Positions 8,404 through 17,417 of a DNA stretch of 64,000 nucleotides are shown here, one piece after another. Origin of the DNA: Nitrospirota bacterium (GTDB taxonomy: Bacteria > Nitrospirota > Thermodesulfovibrionia > Thermodesulfovibrionales > SM23-35); NCBI GenBank assembly GCA_040756135.1, contig JBFLZS010000004.1, forward strand, positions 7,469 to 71,468, read 5' to 3'. A model generated the notes under the pieces. The model was not told where the DNA came from. It made no database searches and saw nothing but the letters and a program-made list of their open reading frames with translations. The position numbers and the translations under genes are program-made. The first letter of the stretch is position 1, and each line of letters opens with the position of its first letter.

Positions 8404-10041
8404 TTAAACGGAGCGTCTTCCCTCCGCAATCTGTGCTCGAATGCGCTGCTTCTTGTATACCTTCCTGTTAAAATATAAGAATAATTTTGGAAGGATTGTG
8501 GTCGAAATGCCAAGCTGCTTGTCTAAGAGCTCGAACACCCAGTTAACTGCCCTCAGGATCGGGGTAAACGCAGCGGCAGTCAATCTGAAAAGCTGTCGGA
8601 CAGGGGAAAATATTAGAAATCTTTTGATTGTACTCAGCAAGGCCGGGAAAACCTTTGTCTTCTCAAGCCATGTATATCTGGTCATGGTCTCAAGGGCGCA
8701 GCAGAATAAATACAGAGGGTCTATAAATAGCCCCTCGTGGCGATAGAGTTTGAGGAGGGTTAACATTATCCTGAAAGGTGTCCTTTGAGCAAACTTGACC
8801 CTGTATTTAATCCTTGCAAGCTCGTCTCCCTCGATCCTTTCCATTCCAGGTATTGCCCTTCCTGTTTCAGGATCGTAGATAAGATTGTACATAGGGGAAC
8901 CCTTCTGAACACGGAACCTGTTAGTCACTAAGGTGTCAACATTCCACTTGCGTCCAAACCAGAGCATATCCGTCATATCCTCCTCTGTTTCACCCGGGGA
9001 CCCAAGGATAAAATTGCAGATTAATAAGATGTTTGTCTTCTGCATCATGCGCATGGCCTTTTCAATGCTTTTTAGGGTCTGACCTTTGCCATATAATCTA
9101 AGTGTTTCATTTTTAAGTGACTCAACCCCAAAACTCAATGCAAGGAGACCTGCCTCCTCCATTTTTTTAAGGGCTTCAACGCTGCTTTTAAGCACGTGGT
9201 CTATTCTTCCAGTCCCTATATAGAGTTTGCGAATCCTGTTCTGAAGCAGCAGATCCGAAAGCTCTTCAAGCATCTTCATATTGGTGGTCATGTCATCGTC
9301 AACCCAGCCTACGATAGGTGCATCTATCTCTTTTATTTCATTAAACAAGCTCCAGGCAGACCTGCCATGCCAGCGCATGAAATTGCCATCAAAGTCCTTC
9401 CCGTATTCAAAACAGAATTTACACCTGTAGTTACAACCCACGGCAGCCCGTATAAGGTCAGCCTTTATCCCCATCATATGATAATTGTACTTGGCGTTGC
9501 GCAGATTTCTTCTCGGGTAGATATCTTCAGGGAGGTCGTGGATGACCCGTTGGGTATAGACGACCTCGTCGCCTTTTCTATAGGCAAGGTTTTTGACATT
9601 TTCAGGTGTTCCCTCGTTAAGGAGTTCCATAATAGGAATCTCGGGATTGCCACGGATAATAACATCGATCTTCTGGTACATCTGTAATATTCTGTCAGGT
9701 TCTTTAAATCCTGTGCCTCCTGCAACAACCGGGATTCCGTCTGGGATCTGGAACAGTATGTCGGGTATAACATGGATATCCCACTTACCGAATATTGAAC
9801 AGTCCTCGAAATAGCCATAAAGACAAACAAGATCTGCGTTTCTTAGGTGCTCTTTAATATCCGTCTCATAACGCATATCTAAAAGTATTGCATTTCTACC
9901 AGTCGCAGCAACACCGGCCTGCATATATTCAGCAGCGATAGGCGGGAGGGCATAGTATGGATTAATGTACGTGAAAGGATAAACAATAACTACATTTTTG
10001 ATATCCCCTTTTCTTTTTTGTAAATAAGAAATGGAAACCAT
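8404..10041 (-). CDS. B12-binding-domain radical SAM protein with hydrophobic C-terminal extension
   Basis: 545 aa with an N-terminal Rossmann-like B12-binding part, the cluster motif GCNYRCKFC (CxxxCxxC) and a TIM-barrel region (GTGRID, SFGVES). Confidence 0.85.
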   Translation of the reverse strand: MVSISYLQKRKGDIKNVVIVYPFTYINPYYALPPIAAEYMQAGVAATGRNAILLDMRYETDIKEHLRNADLVCLYGYFEDCSIFGKWDIHVIPDILFQIPDGIPVVAGGTGFKEPDRILQMYQKIDVIIRGNPEIPIMELLNEGTPENVKNLAYRKGDEVVYTQRVIHDLPEDIYPRRNLRNAKYNYHMMGIKADLIRAAVGCNYRCKFCFEYGKDFDGNFMRWHGRSAWSLFNEIKEIDAPIVGWVDDDMTTNMKMLEELSDLLLQNRIRKLYIGTGRIDHVLKSSVEALKKMEEAGLLALSFGVESLKNETLRLYGKGQTLKSIEKAMRMMQKTNILLICNFILGSPGETEEDMTDMLWFGRKWNVDTLVTNRFRVQKGSPMYNLIYDPETGRAIPGMERIEGDELARIKYRVKFAQRTPFRIMLTLLKLYRHEGLFIDPLYLFCCALETMTRYTWLEKTKVFPALLSTIKRFLIFSPVRQLFRLTAAAFTPILRAVNWVFELLDKQLGISTTILPKLFLYFNRKVYKKQRIRAQIAEGRRSV

Positions 10042-10048
10042 TAGAGGA

Positions 10049-10861
10049 TTAGAGATTTTTAGATTGTCTGAGGAGAAAAGGCATTAACTCCCTCATAATG
10101 AGGCCTTCCCTGTAACCATTGCCGTTAGGATTTACCTTGACGACATCAGATCTCTCCCAGTTCTGGAACAGGTCAATAATCTTATTAATCGACTCTTGTT
10201 GCAGTCCCTCTATTGTCTCTCTAACCGGCAGAGAGGTAACGAGATTTTTATCAATAAAATCGTTTATCTTCTCCCGATAAAAAAGCGATAGGAATACCAT
10301 CCCTTTTAATATCCTTTTGTTTGTCTTGAAAGAAAATATAAACCTTTCAAGCGAATTCTCAAGGAAAAGATCATTCCTTGCCTGTATCTTCCTGTCAATT
10401 GCCATGGCTTGAAACCAGTAACTCTTGTCAATAATGCTATCAGCCTTTATCTCCATTACTGAATGCCTGAAATTTTTCTTATCGATTATATATGTGTTAT
10501 GAGCAACTGTATCAGCTGCAAGATGGCTCATATATCCGTATACGAATGCCCTCTGTTGTTTTGTCTTACTTGCCTTCATAAGATCAAAGGCAACATCCCA
10601 GTTGTGCGAGTTTTTTTCATAAGGGAGATATTTCTTTCCAACAATAATATCGGCCACAAGATTTCCATAAAGAAAATCCTTCCTATACCGCCTGATGATC
10701 TCGAATAATCCCGCGGGAAGCAGTGAACCCATGAAATACAGTTCATTCCCGATGTATATATGTGTTAACGGCCCCCATGCAAACGCCGCTGTTGGAATTA
10801 ACAAAAAAGATAAAATAATTAAAAATCTAAAAAATATCATTTCAGCTCCTTTAATTGTCAT
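10049..10861 (-). CDS. zinc-dependent phospholipase C-like family protein (exported)
   Basis: Signal/TM N-terminus followed by AWGPLTHIYIG and HLAADTVAHN histidine motifs. The assignment is recall-based. It ends 8 nt upstream of the rSAM start, so they probably form an operon. Confidence 0.5.
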   Translation of the reverse strand: MTIKGAEMIFFRFLIILSFLLIPTAAFAWGPLTHIYIGNELYFMGSLLPAGLFEIIRRYRKDFLYGNLVADIIVGKKYLPYEKNSHNWDVAFDLMKASKTKQQRAFVYGYMSHLAADTVAHNTYIIDKKNFRHSVMEIKADSIIDKSYWFQAMAIDRKIQARNDLFLENSLERFIFSFKTNKRILKGMVFLSLFYREKINDFIDKNLVTSLPVRETIEGLQQESINKIIDLFQNWERSDVVKVNPNGNGYREGLIMRELMPFLLRQSKNL

Positions 10862-11238
10862 ATTTTATAAGCATATATTAGCTTATTTTCTAAAGAAATA
10901 TCTACCTGATCCCGCTTTAACGTCAAACTCGCATATAAAAAAATCAGCAGTTAACCCGAAAAATGCAATTAAATAATGCAGATGTTGTGAAAAAATTTAT
11001 TTTTCGATACCTTAGTGTACCTTTAGCGAATGGGATAACGAATATTTTTATCAATAGAACATATAAAAATATTTTCGATAATTCATCGAGTTAAATAAAT
11101 TTTTGAACAATGTCTGCATTATTCGGGTTAAGGGAAAGATACATATGTTGAGAAAGAGAGAGCGCATATTTTATAATTCATTAATTTTCGTTGTAGAGAA
11201 ATCTCTAAGTTATTCCGTCGGAAGGAAAAGGTTTTTTT

Positions 11239-12267
11239 ATGAAAATGTACTTCTTTTTTAAGGTTATTACATTGCTATTTATTTTCTTTTTTACCCATCA
11301 AATTCTTTACTCATCCGAAATATTTTCTGATGAAAAACATCGGGAAGACGTACGTAAAGAGCCTGAGTCTCATGCTGCTGTTTCACTCGACCGCGTAATT
11401 GCAGTGGTCAACAAGGAAGTTATAACATGGAGCGAGCTATATAAGATGATGGAGCAGGAGGCAACAGACCATGTGAAGGCGTTGCATGAAGAAGAACGGA
11501 TGAATATATTTAAAGATAATGAGGCATTCTTTCTTGATAAGCTTATTGACCTGAGACTCCAGATCCAGGAGGCCAAGAGGCTTGGGCTTGGGGTTACACC
11601 CGAAGAAATGACAGAAGCTATAGAAAATATAAAAAAGAAATATTCATTGACTGATAACGCCTTAAGGGAATCTCTCGAAAAGGAAGGGTTAACATTTGAA
11701 GAGTACAGAAAAAGACTCTCTGAACAGATAACTGTCAGCAAGCTTGTCGGTCAGCAAATAAGAAGTAAAATTGTTATATCTGATAAAGAAGTAAAAAAAT
11801 ACATGGAGGAAAATAAAAAAAGATTCGGTGATGGTGAAACTCTCAGGCTGAGGCAGATATTCTTTAAGAGACCAAAAAATGATGCAGAGAAGAAGGCATT
11901 AGAAGACAGGGCAGATTTAATCATTCAGAAATTGAAGGCAGGTGAGGATTTCTCCGCACTTGCAAAAGAGTATTCTGAAGATCCTTCAGGAAAGTTTGGT
12001 GGTGATCTTGGGTTTATGAAAAAGGACCTTCTTGCAAAAGAATTCATTGATGTACTTGATACAATGAAAATAGGCGATTTCAGTATCCCATTCTGGTCTG
12101 AAAAAGGGCTTCACATTATAAAGCTTGAGGAAAAGGTATCGGCACAAAGTATAGATGAAGTGAGAGAAGATGTAAGGAAGCAATTGGCCGAGGATCAGTT
12201 TTCAGAGAGATATAAAAACTGGATTAAAGGCTTACGAGAGAAGGCCTATATTGAAATAAGGTTATAG
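11239..12267 (+). CDS. SurA-like periplasmic chaperone / parvulin peptidyl-prolyl isomerase
   Basis: Signal peptide, a SurA-N-like helical region and a PpiC parvulin domain (FSALAKEYSEDPSGKFGGDLGFMKK..GLHIIKLEEK). Confidence 0.8.
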   Translation: MKMYFFFKVITLLFIFFFTHQILYSSEIFSDEKHREDVRKEPESHAAVSLDRVIAVVNKEVITWSELYKMMEQEATDHVKALHEEERMNIFKDNEAFFLDKLIDLRLQIQEAKRLGLGVTPEEMTEAIENIKKKYSLTDNALRESLEKEGLTFEEYRKRLSEQITVSKLVGQQIRSKIVISDKEVKKYMEENKKRFGDGETLRLRQIFFKRPKNDAEKKALEDRADLIIQKLKAGEDFSALAKEYSEDPSGKFGGDLGFMKKDLLAKEFIDVLDTMKIGDFSIPFWSEKGLHIIKLEEKVSAQSIDEVREDVRKQLAEDQFSERYKNWIKGLREKAYIEIRL

Positions 12268-12298
12268 GTGCAAAATCTCTCTAAGTGCTTGATTTTAT

Positions 12299-12374
12299 TG
12301 GCGGTCCCAACGGGATTCGAACCCGTGTTTTAGCCTTGAGAGGGCCATGTCCTAGGCCTCTAGACGATGGGACC
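12299..12374 (-). tRNA. tRNA-Glu (anticodon CUC)
   Basis: The reverse complement folds as a cloverleaf: GGTCCCA acceptor, anticodon arm TGGCC-CTCTCAA-GGCTA, T arm ACGGG-TTCGAATC-CCGT, with an encoded CCA. It is close to the classic tRNA-Glu sequence. Confidence 0.9.
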
Positions 12375-12377
12375 GCT

Positions 12378-12451
12378 TGGCTGGGGAGAGAGGATTCGAA
12401 CCCCTGTAAGCAGATCCAGAGTCTGCCGTCCTGCCACTGGACGACTCCCCA
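12378..12451 (-). tRNA. tRNA-Gln (anticodon CUG)
   Basis: Reverse complement TGGGGAG..GCAGA-CTCTGGA-TCTGC..GGTTCGAATCC..CTCCCCA-G-CCA. The acceptor and anticodon stems pair fully (the T stem has one G-U pair). Confidence 0.9.
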
Positions 12452-12540
12452 AAAGTACTATTATTAGTACTATATAAATAATTAAGAAGGTAAAATGTAT
12501 TTCTACTATATCATAAAGCCTGAAACCCCATCAATAATTG

Positions 12541-13185
12541 TCACCTTTCAGTTATCACTTCATCAGGCAGTTCATCTACATCCCCGGGCGTTATTTGAAA
12601 ATGTTTGGCGAGCAATTCACCTGCTTGTCTCATAGCTTCACATAACGCATCACAGGCTCTACCATCTTTTATTCCATTAGAAACAATATTTGCGAATTTA
12701 TTCAGAGTTTCCTGTTCAATCTTTTCATAAATGCCTTTATCAGCAAGAACCCAGACTTTCCTTTCAAGTAAAGAAAGAAAAAATAAAATCCCTGTATTCT
12801 TTCTTGTCTTATAAAGTCCTTTCTCATAGAATGCCCTCACTGCCCTTTGCATTACTGTATGTTCTCTCCTTTTAAGCCCTATGAATCCAATTTTAAGGAG
12901 AGGGAATTTTTGAAAAATATACTGGGAGGGAAAAAAGAACAGGAAACTCCACGGTATGAAAAACCAGAGGGATGAATGGAAAAACAAAATTGTTAAAATT
13001 AATGATAAGAGGCTACCAAAGAATATCCCCCCTAATAATTCAGCCTCCATATATCGATCACTGCTGTCAACCACCATGACCGCAACTTCCCCAATTGTAC
13101 GCGATTCAACTTCATGGATGGTTTTTGTTATCCTTTCCATGTCCTCCTTTTTAAAAAACTTTTCTGCCTTTATCTTATATTTCAT
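12541..13185 (-). CDS. TPM-domain membrane protein (third gene of lemA-TPM-TPM operon)
   Basis: 214 aa with ITKTIHEVESRTIGEVAVMVVDSSDRY, TM helices, then a second alpha/beta part. Its start abuts the upstream stop. Confidence 0.7.
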   Translation of the reverse strand: MKYKIKAEKFFKKEDMERITKTIHEVESRTIGEVAVMVVDSSDRYMEAELLGGIFFGSLLSLILTILFFHSSLWFFIPWSFLFFFPSQYIFQKFPLLKIGFIGLKRREHTVMQRAVRAFYEKGLYKTRKNTGILFFLSLLERKVWVLADKGIYEKIEQETLNKFANIVSNGIKDGRACDALCEAMRQAGELLAKHFQITPGDVDELPDEVITER

Positions 13186-14099
13186 TACCAGTCCCCTGAC
13201 GCTCCACCACCACCAAAACCACCACCTCCACCGCCTCCGAAGTCACTGCCTCCGCCAAAACCTCCACCAAAATCACTGCCTCCTGATCCGCCTCCACCTG
13301 TACCATAATATCCGCTACCTGACCAGAAACCTCCGCCTCTGTAAACCCCCGCTGAAGAGAAAAGTATTGGAAGTAACAGACCTGAAATTAAACCTAATAA
13401 GGCAAAAAAAATGAGCCAGGAAAACCCAATTGAAGGAACTGTTAGATAAACGAATACAGGTAGCCCGATAGCTCCTGCTACAGCAGATAGAATACGCGAA
13501 ATGCTTCCGAGAACAAGCATAACAAAGGAGCCAAAAATGAGGAAAGTGATGAAGCGTGAAGAATTATTATGTTTCTGAGAAAGATTATTCCCATCAGCCT
13601 TGAACTCCCCTCTTGTTGCGTCGATTAGGGCATGGGCGCCGGAGATAAAACCTCCATCAAAGTCCCCTCTTTTAAACTGTGGCTTTATAACAAGGTCTAT
13701 AATCCGTCCTGCCATTAAATCTGTCAACCTTCCTTCAAGTCCCCTCCCTACCTCAATCCTTATCTTTCTTTCCTGTTTAGCAACAAGAAATATTACACCA
13801 TTATCTTTGACTTTCTGACCGATTTTCCATGCTTCAGCAACCTTAATGCTAAATTCTTCAAGCACCTCTCCCTCGAGAGATGGTATTGTCAAAATGACTA
13901 CCTGTGTCGAGTCTGTTTGTTCAAACGCCTTTAACTTATTTTCAAGTTCAGTCTCTGCTGAAGGCGATATCATATTGGCATAGTCATTGACATAGCCCTG
14001 AAGTTTCGGGACATCGAGGGCATGGGCGGAAGGAAATAAAAGGAAGATACAAGATGCAAGATACAAGATGCAAGATATAAATTTAAAATAGTTTTTCAA
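13185..14099 (-). CDS. TPM-domain protein (YgcG-like) with Gly-rich C-terminal tail
   Basis: Signal peptide, TPM core (VNDYANMISPS..STQVVILTIPSL..IRIEVGRGLEG), TM helices and a GGGSGGSDFGGGFGGG tail. Confidence 0.8.
   Translation of the reverse strand: MKNYFKFISCILYLASCIFLLFPSAHALDVPKLQGYVNDYANMISPSAETELENKLKAFEQTDSTQVVILTIPSLEGEVLEEFSIKVAEAWKIGQKVKDNGVIFLVAKQERKIRIEVGRGLEGRLTDLMAGRIIDLVIKPQFKRGDFDGGFISGAHALIDATRGEFKADGNNLSQKHNNSSRFITFLIFGSFVMLVLGSISRILSAVAGAIGLPVFVYLTVPSIGFSWLIFFALLGLISGLLLPILFSSAGVYRGGGFWSGSGYYGTGGGGSGGSDFGGGFGGGSDFGGGGGGGFGGGGASGDW
14044..14078. repeat. 7-bp tandem array (AAGATRC x5) inside the signal-peptide codons of the TPM gene
   Basis: aagatac aagatgc aagatac aagatgc aagatat. 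On the coding strand this spells ..ISCILYLASCIF... Confidence 0.85.
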
Positions 14100-14101
14100 A
14101 G

Positions 14102-14683
14102 TTAGAATTTTACCTTTGGAGCCTTTTCAGCCCCTGACTCAGCCTTAAAAGGCTCTCGAGATTTTAAATGCAATAGATATTTATTTGTGAAATTATTTGG
14201 GAATACCCTTATTGAGGTATTGAATGTCGCAACAGCATTGTTATAACGTGTGCGTGCAACATTTATCCTGTTTTCTGTCCCTTCCAGTTGATGCTGGAGG
14301 TCCTTAAAACGTTGGTCTGCCTTAAGATCAGGATATTTTTCTACTACTACCATAAGCCTTGAAAGTGCACTGCTCATTGCTGACTGTGTCTCCTGAAACT
14401 GTGCAAAAGTCTTGGGATCATCGAGAATACTCTTTGACATCTGAATCGTTCCAACCTTTGCCCTTGCCTCTGTCACTGCTGTCAAGGTCTCCCTCTCATG
14501 CTTTGCATATGCCTTTACTACCTCTACAAGATTAGGAATAAGATCGTTTCTTCTCTGATATGACGCCTCAACATCACCCCAAGCTGCTTTCACAGCCTCT
14601 TCATTCTTCTGCATGATGTTATAACCACAGCCGTAGAAACTTAAAAGCATAAGGATGAGTAAAATATAATTCTGTTTCTTCAT
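14102..14683 (-). CDS. lemA: LemA family protein
   Basis: 193 aa with an N-terminal anchor and the LemA signature (AWGDVEASYQRRNDLIPNLVEVVKAYAKHERETL). Confidence 0.9.
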   Translation of the reverse strand: MKKQNYILLILMLLSFYGCGYNIMQKNEEAVKAAWGDVEASYQRRNDLIPNLVEVVKAYAKHERETLTAVTEARAKVGTIQMSKSILDDPKTFAQFQETQSAMSSALSRLMVVVEKYPDLKADQRFKDLQHQLEGTENRINVARTRYNNAVATFNTSIRVFPNNFTNKYLLHLKSREPFKAESGAEKAPKVKF

Positions 14684-14766
14684 ATTTCCTCCTCAATTTT
14701 TTTATGGATGAAAGCTAAATATAATTTTTAACTATAACATATCTATTCTCAAAACTAAAAAATTAT

Positions 14767-14935
14767 GGTTCTTTCGTAAAAAAGTTGAAAATCATGAATA
14801 CTGGATTCCCGCCTGCGCGGGAATGACAAACTGCTTACAATTAAAAACGTCATTCCCCGACCCCCGATTACAACCTTCGAGGGCAGGCTTGATCGGGGAA
14901 TCCAGAGTGCCTTTTCAACTAAAATACGAAAGACA
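14767..14935. mobile_element. 168-169 bp MITE-like element, copy 1 (family C)
   Basis: Near-identical to 31988..32155. Terminal inverted repeats are TCTTTCGTAaaaaAGTTGAAAA / TTTTCAACTaaaaTACGAAAGA, and the interior consists of family-B hairpins. Confidence 0.8.
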
Positions 14936-15087
14936 CAAAATTATTAACCACAAGTGCGAAAACACATATTGCCATGTATGTGGTAAACTGCTGATAGAAA
15001 GATATTATTTGATATTAATGAAAAATATTAAGGACAATAGATGCCTGAAATATAGCACCATTATTCTTGGAAGGTTTGAATAAGATA

Positions 15088-16185
15088 ATGGGTCAATGCA
15101 AATTATGTAATATCACATCAAGCCTCATATCTAAAGAGATCAGTGTATGCCTTAAATGTATAAGAGAGAAACCCGAGGATGCCCTGCTACTTGCCTTGGA
15201 GGCACACAGAAGGAGCAGGTCTGCCTTTGGGCTTCCTGAAAATCCTCCTAAAGACCTTGAAGGTATCCCCTGTAACATCTGTGTGAATCAGTGCCGAATC
15301 CCTGAGAATGATATAGGATACTGCGGGTTAAGGAAAAATGAGGGTGGAAGGCTCATGGGTGTCTCACCAGAGCAAGGTAAACTTTCCTGGTATCATGATC
15401 CCCTTCCTACAAATTGTGTTGGAGACTGGGTATGCCCTGGAGGAACAGGGGCAGGCTACCCTAAATATGCTTACTCTCCTGGACCTGAGTATGGATATAA
15501 AAATCTTGCTGTTTTTTACCATGCGTGTTCATTCAATTGTCTATACTGCCAGAACTGGCACTTTAGAAGAGAGACCCTGAGGCCTCACACAACTTCGGTC
15601 CACAAACTCGTTTCATCTGTTGATAAAAAGACATCCTGTATTTGTTATTTCGGGGGTGACCCAACACCCCAGCTCCCATTTTCACTCAGGGCATCAAGAC
15701 TTGCCATTGAGGAAAATATGGACAGAATCCTCAGGGTATGCTGGGAGACAAATGGCTCCATGCATAAAGGACTCCTCGATAAGATGATGGAACTCTCGCT
15801 GATTTCTGGCGGCTGTATAAAGTTTGATTTAAAGGCATGGGACGAAAATCTCCATATCGTCCTGACAGGGATTACCAACAAAAGAACCCTGGAGAATTTT
15901 TTAAGGGTTGGTGAAAAGATTAAGGTAAGACAAATCCCTCCCCTTGTTATTGCGAGCACCCTGCTTGTACCCGGCTACATAGATGAAGATGAGGTAAGGC
16001 ATATTGCAAGATTCATAGCATCAATAAGTCCTGATATCCCATATGGCCTGCTGGCGTTTTATCCTCATTTTTATATGTCTGACATGCCTTTGACTACAAA
16101 GGTTCTTGCGGAGAGATGTCGAAGTGTTGCTCAGGAAGAGGGGCTCAGGAATGTGAGAATAGGGAATGTACATCTTCTTGCATAG
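15088..16185 (+). CDS. radical SAM activase-like protein (PflA / AmmeMemoRadiSam-type family)
   Basis: Cluster motif CSFNCLYCQNW, an N-terminal Cys-rich region (CKLCN..CLKC; CNICVNQC..YCG). ATG 15088 is preferred over the TTG at 15067. Confidence 0.7.
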   Translation: MGQCKLCNITSSLISKEISVCLKCIREKPEDALLLALEAHRRSRSAFGLPENPPKDLEGIPCNICVNQCRIPENDIGYCGLRKNEGGRLMGVSPEQGKLSWYHDPLPTNCVGDWVCPGGTGAGYPKYAYSPGPEYGYKNLAVFYHACSFNCLYCQNWHFRRETLRPHTTSVHKLVSSVDKKTSCICYFGGDPTPQLPFSLRASRLAIEENMDRILRVCWETNGSMHKGLLDKMMELSLISGGCIKFDLKAWDENLHIVLTGITNKRTLENFLRVGEKIKVRQIPPLVIASTLLVPGYIDEDEVRHIARFIASISPDIPYGLLAFYPHFYMSDMPLTTKVLAERCRSVAQEEGLRNVRIGNVHLLA

Positions 16186-16300
16186 TCAGGCTATAATGGC
16201 AATGAGTCTGTTCTTGATGCGAATGTTGTCTATTTATCGAAGCTTGCATCCATGGCCTCAATCGCCCTTGAGATCATCAAATTAAAAGAAAAAATTTCAG

Positions 16301-16475
16301 AGTTGTAATAGTGAGCACATTGATTTATAAAATCCCTCCTAACCTCCCTTTGCCAAAGGGAGGAATAATCCCCTCTTGAGAGGGGTGTAGGGGTAGTGTA
16401 ATACCCTCTTTGGCAAAGAGGGGCGAGGGGAGATTTTCTGAATAATATGAATTCTATTATAAGACCGTTATTAAC
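16301..16475. mobile_element. MITE-like element family A, copy 1 (inverted relative to copies 2, 3 and 5)
   Basis: Contains GGAGGGATTTTATAAA, CCCTTTGCCAAAGGGAGG, CCCCTCTTGAGAGGGG, CCCTCTTTGGCAAAGAGGGG and the terminus TATTATAAGACCGTTATTAAC. Confidence 0.8.
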
Positions 16476-16489
16476 TGTATGTCGCTTTT

Positions 16490-17185
16490 TTATTTCCTTC
16501 CAACAGGCATGATATAAAGTGGCTGTTCCCTGTCAGGCATCTTCATAATCTTTTTCACCTCATCATCGTAAAAGGCCCCGATAACCACTGCACCAAGATT
16601 GAGCGAGACTGCCTGCAGAAATACATTCTGGGCTGCATGACCGGCCTCAATATGCACATACCTTATGCCTCTCTCTCCATATTTCACGGTTGTTCGTTCA
16701 TAAACTGCTGAAAATACAATAACCGCAGGAGCATCTCTCACAGAAGACTGGTTGAGGGCAGCACTACACAGTTCATTCCTTTTATCGCCTTTTACAACCA
16801 TCTCGATCCCATGTTTATGCGGTCTATATCTATAAATTCCGCCTGGAAGGTCTCTTACATTGCCAGCAAAAATATACACCTCAAGAGGGTAAAGAGCCCC
16901 AGCGGAAGGAGCTGTTCTGAAACCGAATGAACCTGTAATTCCCTGTGCAGCCCAGAGGAGCTGTGAAACCTCAGCAAGTGTCAGAGGTTTGTCTTTATAA
17001 TCTCTGACACACCTTCTCTTAAGTAAGGCTTCTTCCACAGAAGTATTACTTTTATACGCAGGTTCAGGTAGTTTTATTATCTCTGACTCATCTTTTGACA
17101 TCGGTTCATCTTTCTCTTTTGCCTGCATTATTATAACAAATACTATCCCTATACATAGTACAATTATAGATAATAGGAATCTCAT
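16490..17185 (-). CDS. SagB-type nitroreductase-family dehydrogenase with N-terminal membrane anchor
   Basis: LLWAAQGITG..FRTAPSAGALYPLEVY..GIYRYRPHKHG..HIEAGHAAQNV. The start was moved to MRFLLSIIVL (ATG 17185) because upstream codons read through a repeat. Confidence 0.75.
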   Translation of the reverse strand: MRFLLSIIVLCIGIVFVIIMQAKEKDEPMSKDESEIIKLPEPAYKSNTSVEEALLKRRCVRDYKDKPLTLAEVSQLLWAAQGITGSFGFRTAPSAGALYPLEVYIFAGNVRDLPGGIYRYRPHKHGIEMVVKGDKRNELCSAALNQSSVRDAPAVIVFSAVYERTTVKYGERGIRYVHIEAGHAAQNVFLQAVSLNLGAVVIGAFYDDEVKKIMKMPDREQPLYIMPVGRK

Positions 17186-17377
17186 AATTGAATAGACATT
17201 ATTCAAAAAATCTCCCCTTTCCCCTCTTTGCCAAAGAGGGGTACACACCCCTTAATCCCCTCTTTATAGAGGGGAACTTTTCCTCCCGGAGCCTGCCCTG
17301 AGCGAAGTCGAAGGGGCAAAGGGAGGTGAGGGGGGATTTTATAAAACTAATGTAGTTATGAGAACGTTAATAATAGG
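17171..17377. mobile_element. MITE-like element family A, copy 2 (with extra internal insert)
   Basis: Termini TAATAGGAATCTCATAATTG .. GTTATGAGAACGTTAATAATAGG. The core is TCTCCCCTTTCCCCTCTTTGCCAAAGAGGGG plus a CCTGAGCGAAGTCGAAGG module. Confidence 0.8.
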
Positions 17378-17417
17378 AACGAATATGTCTTTGTCTTATT
17401 AATAATCAAAAATATCT

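Noticed and set aside
12285-12467. 60-aa plus-strand ORF.
   Set aside because: It lies entirely across the two minus-strand tRNA genes (Glu, Gln), whose cloverleaf structures are far better supported.
13114-13308. Plus-strand ORF encoding a poly-proline peptide (PPPPKPPPPPPPKSLPPPKPP..).
   Set aside because: It is the antisense reading of the Gly-rich C-terminal tail (GGGSGGSDFGGGFGGG) of the well-supported TPM gene on the minus strand. It is a GGN/NCC mirror artefact.
14823-15083. 86-aa plus-strand ORF upstream of the radical SAM gene.
   Set aside because: Its first half is a read-through of the 168-bp MITE-like element, which is duplicated at 31988. No RBS or recognisable domain was seen.
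16490-17248. The extended N-terminus (MCTPLWQRGERGDFLNNVYSI..) of the nitroreductase ORF as given in the track.
   Set aside because: Those 21 codons are a translation of the MITE core (CCCCTCTTTGCCAAAGAGGGG). The internal ATG at 17185 gives a normal membrane-anchor N-terminus.
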